From contig CT868352.1 of assembly GCA_000165425.1 (NCBI GenBank), positions 310,001 to 374,000 of the forward strand: a DNA stretch of 64,000 nt, read 5' to 3'. The first letter of the stretch is position 1. Every line of letters starts with the position of its first letter. A model generated the notes under the pieces. It worked only from the letters and a program-made list of their open reading frames with translations, was not told the DNA's origin and made no database searches. Shown here piece by piece: positions 26,847 to 40,602 of the stretch. Source of the DNA: Paramecium tetraurelia (lineage: Eukaryota). Position numbers and translations under genes: made by a program.

Positions 26847-28412
26847 TCATTATTTTTTTAAGAATTATAAAATTGACGTTAAACCTTGTTATTTACTTTT
26901 TGATTTGGAATTTACATTACTTTACGAATTACTATTAGTTTATTGTAGACTCTTGTACTTTCTTTTCTTGGGATTCATTTCCTTATCCAAATTCTCAGCA
27001 ATATGAAAATCATCATGAGATTCCTTGTCCTTCTTCATAATCTCCTGTCCACAAATCGAACAACTATAATAATCATCAGGAGAGATCATTTTTCCTTGCA
27101 TTTCTGCCAACTTTGCTTATTTCTCGTACTCCTACTGTTCTAAGATCTTCTTAAAGAACATGGTAATGGGATTCTGAATGCCTTGAATCATAGGCTTAAA
27201 ATATCTGCAACTGATGCCAATATGAATCAAGGGGAACATTTCATTGTCCTGGATTTGATTCAAGATGGAATGAACTCTTTCCTCTATGGTCAACCTGAAG
27301 CTTTCGATGGGCAGAGTAAGATAAATGGGTTCGCTTTTTTAATGTGATCCCTTTTCAACATTGTGATAATGTATAACTAGAACTGAAGGTACTAGATTGG
27401 AATCCTCATAGTAATCAGTTACTCTCATTGTAATATCGTGAAGTATGAGTTCTAGAGATTGGATAATGACTTCTCTTGAGGAGGTCTTCTTAATATTTTT
27501 TAAGGACAAGATAGACTTGTTTTTCAGATCTACTTCTTTTTTGACAATTTCATCATCATATCCTCTCAATTTATCATAGATATATTGAGCCTTATCTCCA
27601 AACAAAGATTAAAGTTCATAAATGGATAGAGTCTACGCTTATCCAACAGTTTTTAGTCCACTTTCAAGAAGTGCTTCTTGTACTTTCCCTCCGAATCCTC
27701 TAATTTTATTGATGCCGATATTAGATATACATTCAGGGAGCATACATTCCAAGATGATAGTCTATTTGTTGGGTTTGTTGGTGGCTGATGCTAATTTGGC
27801 TAACATTTTATTGAAAGAAATTCCTGCACTACATTTATACTTGGTTTCTGTGTAGATGGCATCTCTTATATTCTAACATAATAGGGATGCTCTCCTTAAG
27901 AGATGATCCTATTCTGTTAATTGATAGTCTTCAGGCAATTCTTTCATTAAATGACCGTAGAATTGTTGTGCCTCTATGTCTTCAAGTTCTTTCTCACTAA
28001 CCTAGATGTACCCTTCATCTGTTCCTCCCTTTTCAACACAATTGCAAAACCTTTTAATGGTTGTGAAGATCAACTTGCTTTCTTGTCTATAGTATCTGAG
28101 ACTCACTTTCTCTTCATATTGATTATGTTAAATGTATTTGTCTTTGAGAGTGGAGAATACCATCTTGCCATCGATCACTTTGAATGTTTCCACATGAGGC
28201 AACATCACATTCGGACATAGTTTAATGGCCTCTTCACTCAACATTCCTCTTTTGATCCCTGCATCTCTGGCGGGATAATTAATAGCGATTAAGCTATTCC
28301 ATTATCTGGCACAAACTGGTTGATCTTCAGGGATGTTCAACAGTTTTTACTCTGCCTATGCATAATAAGCGTCCATGTCTATGTGAATGTATACTTAGAG
28401 CAAAGAATTCAT
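26847..28412 (-). CDS. POLH: Y-family DNA polymerase eta (Rad30-like), intronless (~521 aa)
   Basis: HIDMDAYYAQ, QWNSLIAINYPAR, GTDEGY, C-terminal UBZ-like CSICG..HDDFH and PIP-like SILQFLKK. Span 1566 nt. Confidence 0.9.
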
Positions 28413-28449
28413 AATATAATATTAAAACAAAACAAAAATATATTATATT

Positions 28450-29155
<706 letters not shown>

Positions 29156-29166
29156 TTTTAATTAAT

Positions 29167-30340
29167 ATGGGTTAATAAATATCGAGGTTTTGCAAATATT
29201 TCAGAAGCAAGGATTCCAAAGTCTATCAACAATAAAACTCAGGATCACTCTCATAACACAGATCAAAGATTTTAGTGCAAAATAACTCCGATGGCTATGG
29301 CTCAGAATCTGAATAACCAATACATCATGTTCGATAATCCAAGACAATCAAATGGAAAAAGGGGGAATTGATAGGTCAAGGCTCATTCGGAAGAGTCTTC
29401 AAATGTATGGACATCAATTCCGGCAGAATTTTAGCTGTAAAACAAATTGCCTTAGGCTATGTAGACAAAGAGAGTCTAGAGTCCTTTCGTTAAGAAATTT
29501 AAATACTTAGCTAACTTAAGCACAAGAATATCGTTGAATATTATGGTTGTGAAGAAGATGACAAGAATTTAAGTATTCTCCTTGAATTCGTCGGAGGTAA
29601 CTATGTCTTCTATTCTATTCCAAGGAGGTTCGATTGCTCAAATGATGCGCAAATTCAAATCCAAACTCTCAGAATCGATCATCCAGAAATATGTCACTGA
29701 CATTCTACACGGTTTATTCTATTTGCACCACAAAGGAATCATTCACAGAGACATCAAAGGAGCCAATATAATTGTGGATACTAAAGGAGTATGCAAATTG
29801 GCAGATTTCGGTTGCAGTATCATAGGCCAAAGTGCATATTCTCTCAAGGGAACTCCAAATTGGATGGCTCCTGAAGTAATCAATTAATAAGAGACTGGAA
29901 GATACTCAGACATTTGGAGTCTAGGGTGTACTATCATTGAAATGCTAACAAGTGAACCTCCTTGGGGAAAATTCTAATCCCCCATGCAGGCATTATTAAC
30001 TATTTCATCGAAACAATGTTCACCTCCTATTCCAAATAATATATCTGATCAACTTAAGGATTTTTTAAATAAATGTCTATAGTTTGATCATAAAAAGCGT
30101 TGGTAAGCAAGAAAATTACTGAAACATCCCTTCATTATTAATTTCAATAAGAAGCCTTCCAAAGGAGAATCAAATCCATCACAATTCAAAGTCTTCGAAG
30201 AAAAGAGTGACATAAATTTGTTTGTTGCTCCCCATATTGATGATCCACGAAAAGATCTAGAATATTTAGATAAAGAATAGAATCCTATGATATTCTCTGT
30301 TTAATCTTCTGGATTTCACGATGAAAACCACAATTTTTGA
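29167..30340 (+). CDS. STE11/MAP3K-like protein kinase, putative N-myristoylation
   Basis: [46 protein letters not shown] start. Confidence 0.92.
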
Positions 30341-30882
30341 TTCCAAATTTAGTTTAACTACTTTTATGTTAACTTATTTTAATAACTTAAATGAAATTGA
30401 AAATAGTTCTCTTGTTTACAATCAACTGTCTAGTATCTCTAAGCACCTTCTCTCTAGCCTCATAAAACAGTACAATCTTCAATCCTTATTTTAGATTAAT
30501 CCCTTCTAAAATTGAATATTCCTTAATCCTCGATATAAATACCAAATACATAGGATATTGAAATGGCAATTTGCAATGCATTTCAAATTTTAAGCAAATG
30601 ATAGAACCAGCTGTGGAAAAGCATGGTAAAATGCTGTAGACCTTCATAATGCATAACTGAGTGGTATTGTGCTCAAAATTACAAAGATAGAATTCCATTT
30701 CCTGGGTGTTCAGATGATGAAAATTGATTAAGATTAATACCTTATAGAAAGATTCTTGAATTTAGATTAAATTATTAAAAAAAGCAAATTCTTATGATTA
30801 TTGATACTATCCTATAAAAAGTATAATCAACTATTATTTAAATACTTTCATTTATTAATAATATATTTAACACATAATTTTA

Positions 30883-33245
30883 ATGTCATAATTAAGTGCT
30901 TATAATCTGTAAAAATAGTTATCATAATCATAAGCCTTGAAGAATTTTCGAAACATAATGAGGTTGAAATACTATCGTATAAAGTGAATTTTTTATAGAA
31001 TATTAATGTTTTAGAAATTGATCCTGTATTCTCCAATTTCACTTAAAAAAGAGTCCTTGATAATAACTTCTTATCCAAACATTTGCATACATGCAATTCC
31101 TTTATTTAGAAAGTCTAAAATTAGTCTGTCTAAACTGCAATTGGTATAATTCATAATTATTTAGCTACTATGGGTGTACCTTTCGCTCCAGAATTGAATG
31201 AGATTAATTTAAAAAATGAAGATCAGGTTTATAATTTTATAACTTAAAATCTCAAAGATTCCTTTACTATTTATGAAATACAACACAATTCAAGTACAAT
31301 TTGCATTAGCTTTTGTCCTGAATTAGATTCTTTTTGCATCTCCTCTGGAACACAAACTATTGTTTGTTATAATGAAAAAGATATTCATTTATATTAAGAA
31401 CCAATGCATGAGAGACCTAGGCAAGCAGCCTATTAATTTTTTAGCTTTTTCAATAGGATGCCAATAAAATAGTAGAATAATTTTATTCAAGATTTGATGA
31501 ATAGAAGTTTAATAGGTAGCTACAACCTTAAAAAATAGATTGAGTGGTTTGCTATAGTTGAGCATTATTCAAACTAGAGAATGGTCGATCCAATTACAGT
31601 TAAGAACTTTCTAAATCATTACAAACTAGTTGCTGCTTAAACTTAATTTACATCATCAAGTAAATTACAATAACATTTTTATTAAATTTATAATCAACCC
31701 ATTGAATAATTTCATGTCTATTATAAAGGTAAAACCTTATATTTTTGGAGAGATAATACATTTCTTGGATGTTGTTTCATTCCATATCGATAATACTCAA
31801 TTCTAAATCAATTCAAATCAATATTATTTAATAAAGAAAAGTAAAATTAAAAGGATGAACCTTATAAATACTTAACTCAATTCAATTTAAATGATTAGGA
31901 TTTTGAATTTTATAAAAAATACACAGATTTGATGTTGGAAAATCCAGAAGCTATTAAAAACAGAAATCATTTTTCCCAATTATCCTCTTAGATCTTAAAA
32001 TCTATTCGGTAAAATGTCTATTATCAATAAGAATAATAAAATAATATTATTACTAATTAATTATCAACTAGTATTGTTGTAATTCCTATAGGAATTTCAG
32101 GTATGGGATACGAAAAGTTGTGTTCATTTATTGTAAAAGCAGGCTAAAGAGTTTAAATTATTAACAAGGCAGACTAAATTAATGACAAAAATTAACTGTA
32201 TTTTTATGAGAAGATATGCAATCCAAAAGAATTGGAATAAATCAATAAATAGTTAAAATCATTGCCATTTACTTTAAAAACAATTGCTCTTCTACCAGAA
32301 TGCAATTTCCCATATCATCAAAAGAATTCATAATTCAAATTTCCATTTTCTTTCAATTTTATCATGTTTTGCTTGCTATCTGTTCTTGATGATAAGAATG
32401 CAGTTAGATAAGTCATAAATTAGCTGAAGGAATTTTAAAATTATAAGTTATCTAATTTTCAAACAGATTTTAAAGTGTATTGTCGTTTTATGCCAGAATC
32501 AAAAGAAACAGATGATCTTTATAGTGAATTGGTTGAACAAGATTTTTATACTGCATTAAATTCAGAGGATGATTAACTAATCGAAAGCTTATCCTAATAT
32601 AAAGAAACACATAGGAATATAGAAGATAACTTTTTAAAAGATTAATCAAAGAGAGTCATAGCAGCAATAGAGGAAAATTCTCAAATGCTGATAAGAAAAA
32701 GTGTTTAATTTTAATTAGAAAGAAATGATAACTTATAATATGGTTTATTTATTGAGAATCCAGATTGGAATGTCATTGATAATTTTATAAAGTCTTGCTT
32801 GGAAATCATAGTATAAGATTATCCTAATGATACAGGCATTAATAGGATGTATTATTAGTATGACATATAATTCAGACCTTAAAACGCTGTGTTTATGAAA
32901 CTGAGCCAACCATATATGGAAACTAATTAACTATAAGAGAAAACAATAGAGGCTAAAGTTTCAATAGCAGTGATCATAGTGGATGGGATTGTTATGTTGC
33001 ACCCTTAAGAATTAGGATTAGATTTACTATAAGATATTCCAATATATTCTCGTAATATTGATAGTTCAAAAAGCAATAAAATTTCAGAGCAGTTAAGAAT
33101 AGATGTAAGAAAAATGTAGAAATAAAATGCTGCAGAAGGATAAATTTAAAAAAAATAAGTAGAGTTCAATAGAAAAAGCTGGATTGCTTATATGGTTAAA
33201 TATAAGCCAATTAACATAAAATTAGTAGGGAGACAAATAAATTGA
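30883..33245 (+). CDS. ~770-aa protein resembling a degenerate Trl1-type RNA ligase / P-loop kinase / cyclic phosphodiesterase
   Basis: Frame is open in code 6 after two short introns (~30909-30934, ~31144-31164). Degenerate Walker A VVIPIGISGMGYE and ligase-motif-like segments in the expected order. The ORF is solid, the family call is by eye. Confidence 0.55.
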
Positions 33246-34873
33246 TTATTATAATTATTGTAATTAATTCATTGATTCAAATAATTTTTAGATTCACCTT
33301 CATAGCTAAGATGATTTTTGAAGGAATCTTAAAAAAGTTGCAAATAAAGAATCGTAAAATAATACCACATATCAATCCTAAAGGAATTAATCATATTTCG
33401 TATAATTTAATATTGATAAAATGTGCTTACTATATTCCCTATATTTGGTTACAATATTTAGATGGATTTTAAGATATATTCTTGAATAGAATGAATTGTT
33501 AAATATTAACAACTATTTAATATTTATTTTAAGCATTCCATCTACATTAAAATTACGTATGTCTATACAAATAAATATACAAATTCTTCATTCGCTAACC
33601 ACTTTTTTTTTAGTTTTTTCTTCTTTCCTTTCCTTTTTTTCAATTATTCTCTGTTTTTCCGTCTAATTTTATAACATTACTCCTCCAAGAATAATTAATG
33701 AAACTAAACCAATTAGCACTGCCAATAATACAATGTGTACTAGTTTAAATTCTTATTCATTTTGCTACATCACTATTAAGTATTTCTTACTTTAAATGGG
33801 AACAACCAACTTACATCTCCCAAGTACTTATAAATTAATGATTATCTATTTATTGACATTTGATAAAGAATTTGTAGACCTTTTGCCATTACACTAGCCA
33901 AAAATACAAAAAGGGGTGTAATAAACACCAAAAGCCAAATAAACATTACCTGCTGAGAAAAAAAAGAAAACACTTGCCCTAGAACCATTTTAATTAACTC
34001 TTATTTTATTTAAAATAATTCTAAAAAGAATATTTTTTTATTTTATTGCACTTCTTTACATATATTATCGATTAAATTAATATTTTCCTTATTCATAAAG
34101 TTAAGCTCTTTAATTAAGTTAAAATATTGCTCTGACAATTGCTCTATATATCTTATGAGCAATGCTGCAAATTTAATTGGATATTAATAATTACTAGGGA
34201 TAACAAAAAGTAATTATAAGTATATGAGCAAATTGGAATTCATAATAAAGGAAATTGAAGACTATTTTAAATTGGCGTCAAGTACTCAAGTAATATATTG
34301 AGAATATTTACTAATCCAGAAATAAATCATAATTTTGATAAATTTTATTAAATAATTAATCTTCAAAATAATATCGTATTAATTGTTTATTTGATTAAAT
34401 TTATTTATAAAAGTTTCGATTAACAGACGAAGAAGGAGGCCTTGATTTGAATTTGTGAATGAGGAATGAGATCGATAAAACAAAGTCAATTCTGATGATT
34501 GCTACAGAATACTACAGATAAATGGAAGAATAATAGTATAATGTTAAGTGAATCATCTTCTAGTTTTATTCTTTTAATTGGTTTATTTTGGTAAATTCAA
34601 TCAATATATTGGAGGAATAGACTTATTACTATCTTTCTTCTTTACATTTCAAAGGCAAATTGAATTAGATTGAATTATTATAGATTAAAGTATTTTAAAG
34701 TATAAATCAAATATAATACAATTGAAATCAATTGATAATTTATATGCCTAAAATTTATATTATTTATTTAAGAGGATCCGAATGGCTAATACTGTTTAAT
34801 TCTTACTTTTCGAATAAGATGTTTTTTTGATTTATAAGTACATTTTAAATATATATTAAATATAAATAAAATT

Positions 34874-35509
34874 ATGGGGGTTTGTGCATTAACTAAGAAG
34901 GAATCATCAAGAAAAATAAGAAAAGCTGAAGTTGGTTTGATTTTGGAGTGTGTTACATAAGAATCTTAAGTCAATGAATCTTACATGACTTTAATAGGCC
35001 AGACTTAAACTGTATTTGAAAATTTGTTAAATAACAAAGTTATCAGTCGAAATATTGGCTAGGCTGAATACGATTTCTATTCAAAATAAACAGAGGAATT
35101 GAGTCTACTGAACACTTATCTCTAAAATTACTACAATAACTATTACAGGATTGTAGTTTCTAACATCAAAAGTGAAAACCTGTATTATTTTGAGAATCTA
35201 AATCTTAAATTCATAATCCAACTCTATCTGGCTATGAAAACAATCAAAAATAACGGAAAGGATTGGTGGAATTAGTAGACATTTTATTCATTGGAAAAAT
35301 TAATTACAAATAGATTCAACGTCTTTCCTAAGGTGGTTTAGGAAGGAAGGATAACACCATTCTTAAACTTTATACTCCTTTTAATGAAGTTGAGCATAAA
35401 GTTAATGAAGATGGAGGGGATGACTCTTCAAGAAAAAGAAATATAGCCAATTTATGATACGAAAGGGTCAATTCTTTACAATTAAATCAAGTTAGAATTA
35501 TTGATTTGA
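34874..35509 (+). CDS. Hypothetical protein with MGxC dual-acylation-like N-terminus
   Basis: Intronless 636-nt code-6 ORF starting MGVCALTKK. Confidence 0.7.
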
Positions 35510-35628
35510 ATCTTATTCTATATTTTACTATCTCTAAAAGTGTCTAACTAAAAATTATTACAATGAAAAATTAAAACGTATAAGTCAATATAAAATTAAA
35601 ATATTTATATAAAATTAATTTTATAGAA

Positions 35629-36879
35629 TCAAAATTAAGGTTTCGATTAATTTACAAAATTTTATAATAAGAATTCTCTGCTTGGTAGTTATCTGAACAT
35701 ATTATGCTTACTTGAGATTATTTTTGAGACTTTCTGGCTAGTTGCTGGACTCTAAGATCTTAATTACACTTCACTATTATTAGTCTCTAATTTTCTCCTC
35801 TTTAAAATAATAAATAGAAATTTTTACTGTTGAATTTTGAGGAGATTATACAGTAGTCGTACATTTGTCAACTAATGATAATCTATTATTAAAAAATAAA
35901 GGAACAGCTTTGTATCCAGTTCTCACTCTTTCTTTTTAAATTTATTATGACATTTCAAACATCTATATACAATCTTGTTTTGGAGAAAGACTTCTTAATG
36001 CTTTTTTCTATCTCTTTAATAAACTATTATTTTATTTCCTGTTTTTGCTTTTTTCAAATTAGTTTGGTTGAGAATATATCTGTTCATATCTCACTACACT
36101 TTAGCATAACAACCGCTACTTTAAAATTGGATATTCTTTTAGCAAAGTTAAAAACTCTATATATTATATGATTATGTACTATTTCTGCTTTTATCACTAA
36201 GAGTGACACTGTAGAATTACTCACTGCTTTTATAAACCTTACTCTATTAAAAAAAACTTCATATTCTCCAAATATTTAATTTTCTACTAATATTTTTAAC
36301 TATTTTTTATCTCTTTGAAGCTATGAATTTACAATATCAAGTTACTTTGATTTCTCCTTCTCTAATCAAGTACACAAACTTGCTCTCTTCATTTTCCTTA
36401 TAGATCACATGTTTAAAAGGGAGAGATATCAAAAAAAAATGTTTTGAGATTCTTTCAATGCTATTCCGAGGAAAATTCGGGAAGAGGGTTTTTCTTAAAA
36501 AATCAATAATTATATCCGCTCTTGACTCCTTTAGTTGACTTAGACATTAACTAAAATTTGTTTTGACTGACAAAAAATGAATATCAGATTGAGCAAAAAT
36601 AATAGCTTTTTCATGTGCTGGAATGACTAAGAAATTCGGTAGTTTGATATATCTTTTTGGTAATTAATACTAGCCAGCAATAATGAAATAGATTCCTTCT
36701 TGTAGAACTATTGAATTATCTGAATTGATTTTTTCATATACACAATCTCTTGCTAATTAATCAACCAATTAGTTTGTTTGATAATAGTTATAAATAAATT
36801 TTCTGATGAATGATTCTATTTCTATCTAATCTGTAGCAGATTTTACTTCTTTTTCTACGATTTTAATAAAGTCGTTCAT
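35629..36879 (-). CDS. Cyclic-nucleotide-binding (cNMP) domain protein
   Basis: HVIYKENEESKFVYLIREGEIK..IFGEYEVFFNRVR..A. A second, degenerate cNMP-like stretch lies N-terminal. Short introns. Confidence 0.75.
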
Positions 36880-37435
36880 CACACTTTAAATAACAATAAA
36901 TTAATAATAAATCGTTTTGTATCAATAAATAAACTAAATTAATAACCAATCACTTTGTCCTAGCTTTAAGTCTGAATTTAATATAAAATATAGTAAGTAT
37001 TTTAAGTTGCAATTCCATTAATAATTAATAAAAATTAACTCCTTAATTTAATTGATATGATATATTTTAATCCCTGTAATCAGTAAACTATTGGTTATTT
37101 ACTCAAATCTATGATTATTATTCTTAATAATCATTTGAGTTCTGAATTTGTAGTCAATTGGATATGTTTTATTTAAGAAATTAGATTGCATTTGGCTTTC
37201 ATGAAAATGGAATATCATAAGAATCTTTATAAAAGTACATAAAATACCAACAATGTCATACTAAAGATTTAAATAATATCTGATTATATAAAAATATTCG
37301 ATAATATCTTTATATATACAAACATTATGGCGAGATATTGAATGAAAGAAGAAATTTATTAAATGAAATTAAACTCATCATATAAGTTAACAAAAAGAAC
37401 AAAGTTAACAAATTTAACAATCTTGATTTGGTAAG

Positions 37436-37923
37436 TCATTATAAGTGTCTCTTAATTATTTGACTAATTAATTTATGTAATTTATTACTTTCTTTTGCAA
37501 ACAAATCTGGCAATTAAGGCTAATTTCTAAAAATTTACCAATCATTAATCGTATCTCTTGCAATCTCCATCAAGCTAATCAATGAAAAAGCTGCACTTCG
37601 CTCTTATTCGTAATCAAAATTATCTCCTTATTGTATAATTCCTTCTACCACTTCCATATATTTGTCTAAAAATGTTTTTAAATTATTTGCAGCCTCACCT
37701 AATGATAATGCAGAGACTTTCCTTAAATAGTAATAAAATAGAACTTGCTTTAACAAGAGATATCAGTAAAATTGTTTAATGATTTAGAAAACTATCTTTA
37801 ACAGAACAGATCATTTATTTCCCTTATGTTTATTTGGATTTCATCTATGAATTACTAACCTAATTTATCAAAACTATTAGGATGATCATTTTAAAATCTT
37901 GCAATATCCCACCTTTCAACCAT
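37436..37923 (-). CDS. Hypothetical protein (~150 aa)
   Basis: ATG GTT GAA AGG TGG, one 23-nt intron, ends KRHLQ-TGA. Start uncertain. Confidence 0.5.
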
Positions 37924-38098
37924 TGAAATTATATTTTAATAATAAATATCTAGACATAAATAATAAGATTATATTCTCTTAATCACAATTTCTAATCCTA
38001 TTCATCTTAAGAGATTATTACTGAAATCCCTAACAAATAGAATCTAAAACTGGATATTATCATAATATAATATTCATTTACTTAAATTAAAATAATAT

Positions 38099-39083
38099 TC
38101 AAGATAATTAACCTCTCCTGTAGGCCTAAGAGAGACTTTCAGCTGATTTGAATGAATTTAGTTATCTAGTAAACTCATCTAGAGATTTCTTCTCAAATTT
38201 CATTTGATTTTCTTTCTTTATATTATCCCTTTACATCAATTAACTTGAGGTTATTAATTTAAATTCCTAGTTCCATCTTTTCCCATTTGTTGTGATGTTA
38301 TTACTTGATTTTCGCTCACTAACATAAGAAGGACTAATAGAGTCATCACTTATCCTTTAATGTACAATTTCTCGTTTTGAAAGCTAAGGCTGCATTCTTT
38401 GGGAATGATTTGAATTATCTCTGCCTCTTTAATTTAACTAGTATTGTTTAAATAGATCGATTGGAGATGATTAATCCAGCCAATCCATTTAGGAGATTTC
38501 CAATAAGTTAGAATTTTTACAATTCAATACATTGCTTACGTTCAATTCTTTTTCTAAAACTGTTTCATTTTTTGGCTTTCGTGATATTATACACCCTCCT
38601 CCTCGTTCTGGTTTACAATTTTCTTTGTCTTCCTTTTTTTTCTTTTTTTGTTCCATCTTTATAGCTGACTCATTTTATTCTTGAGAAATAGGTAATAGTG
38701 ATTAAAACTCTTATAATTCTCTCATTTGCTCCTACTATTATTCCTAAATTTGATATTCTAATAATTCTAAGTAATCCTTTAGGTTTCTATTTTCTTTCTC
38801 CATTTGTTGCAGCATAGTATTATTTCTATTTCTGGATTCAATTAAATCTTGAGAAAATTGTTCCAAATTTTGTTGTAATTGCTTATGAATAATGCTCTGA
38901 ATTAACATAATAAAAAACCTTTACATTTTATTTCTGAACATCATTTTGCATGGAATTGTAGGCATTGAGCATCGATTCGTTAAATATCTTATAAGAATCT
39001 TCCCTTTCTCTTAACTCTTTTAACTACATTTCCAACAGTTCGTTTTCCTACTCTAAAAGAGCCTTCTCAGTCTTCCAATCCAT
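38099..39083 (-). CDS. Hypothetical coiled-coil protein
   Basis: MDWKTEKALLEQENELLEMQLKELRERE.., probable TGA at 38099. Confidence 0.6.
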
Positions 39084-39659
39084 AATATTATTTAAAAATT
39101 AACGACTAATTATATATTTAGTGGCACATCACATTCCCAAAGAGAATTATCTAAACCTAAATCTCATGTTTAATTAGTCTAGTCTTTATTATATTTTTAA
39201 GTTTTATTTAATTCTATTATTGAGTATTTGATTCATTGATTTACAATCCTAAAACTATAGTTTATAAGGCAAAAATCTTCACAAATCAATTTTTTTTCCA
39301 TTTATTTTATTGCAATTAACAAAGATTCGTAAGTGATCGATATTAAATCGATATTTTCTTTGAGAATCTAAATCCAATTATTACGTTATGTTATTGATAA
39401 TTAGACTAAGTGTAATATATTGAAAAATTGTAACATTAGAATGGTTATCATTATATCTTTCTGTTTTTAATTATTTTATAGATTATTACATATGATAAAA
39501 TAGAATGAATGCAGCACATCATCTATTTAATATTAATCACCTTATAAATGAATTCAAATAAAATTTTAAAGATTTTTAATTAATATAAATAAATGATTGC
39601 ATAGAAGATATTTAATTACTCATTATTTGAATTTTAACCTTAACCATTAATGAAATACT

Positions 39660-40530
39660 TATTCATTATATTTTTAGTCATTTTCATTGGTTTACTTTGC
39701 AATAATTCTAAGATTTGTTTCATTTATTGAATCTAATAGTAATTCTTTTTCTTGTTTAATTAATTAGCAATACTTAAAGGTTTGCTGTCCACTTAAAGAT
39801 TCTATGAGCATGATACCTAAACTCCAAATATCGGCATCCATTCCATAATTCATAGACTGTAACCTTTCAGCCTACATATATATGGCTGTGCCAATATAAG
39901 TATTCAAATATTATCCAGTTGATTCTGTTTGGCAAATACCAGAATCAGCAATTTTTATGTTACATTCAGAATTTACCAATATATTAAGTGTGGTTTGATA
40001 TCTGGATAATTTTGTGTTTATAATGCAATTAATCAAGTTCTCATAAAATTTTATAAGTTATCATCATCATGGGGTCTTTGATCAGTCCATCCTTTTGCAA
40101 TATCCTATCCAAGGATCCTAAATTCATATATTCTAGCCGAATACAAGTATAACCTTGAGAATAAAATACACCATAAAATTATACTATGAAATTAGATTCA
40201 CATGAAATTAAAGCATCCAATTCTCTGGTTAATAATTTTTCTTGATTTGTGTCCGAGAGCTATTTAATTTTCTAATTACAATAAATAATATTACTTTCAA
40301 TTCATACATCTCTTGAATTACTTTGAGTTAGACCTTCTCAAAAAAACTGCAAAAACCTCCCTATCCTAATTTTTTGTGACAAGTTAAAAATCATTAAGAG
40401 TTATGTTTTATTTATTTTTAGTCTTTTTGGATTACTTATGATATTATTTATTCCTTTTTCATTTAATCTAAAACCCTGGGAAATCAGCGATCCATTTTCG
40501 GAGCTGACGATAAATAATGAGATGAGCATT
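39660..40530 (-). pseudogene. MAP2K (STE7-like) kinase pseudogene
   Basis: LGQGGF, IVQFYG, EYMNLGSLD, DIWSLG recognisable. In-frame TGA at 40041-40043, HRD broken by a deletion near 40003, DFG changed to DSG, SPE changed to QAE, C-lobe decayed. Confidence 0.8.
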
Positions 40531-40602
40531 CAATTGATTCATAATATCATCATCTTCATAACAATTAATATCTAATTTCATTTAAATTAATATAATAATA
40601 AC

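Noticed and set aside
39322..39370. Imperfect inverted repeat around ATCGAT-ATTAA-ATCGAT
   Set aside because: Short and mismatched, with no target-site duplication or transposase nearby.
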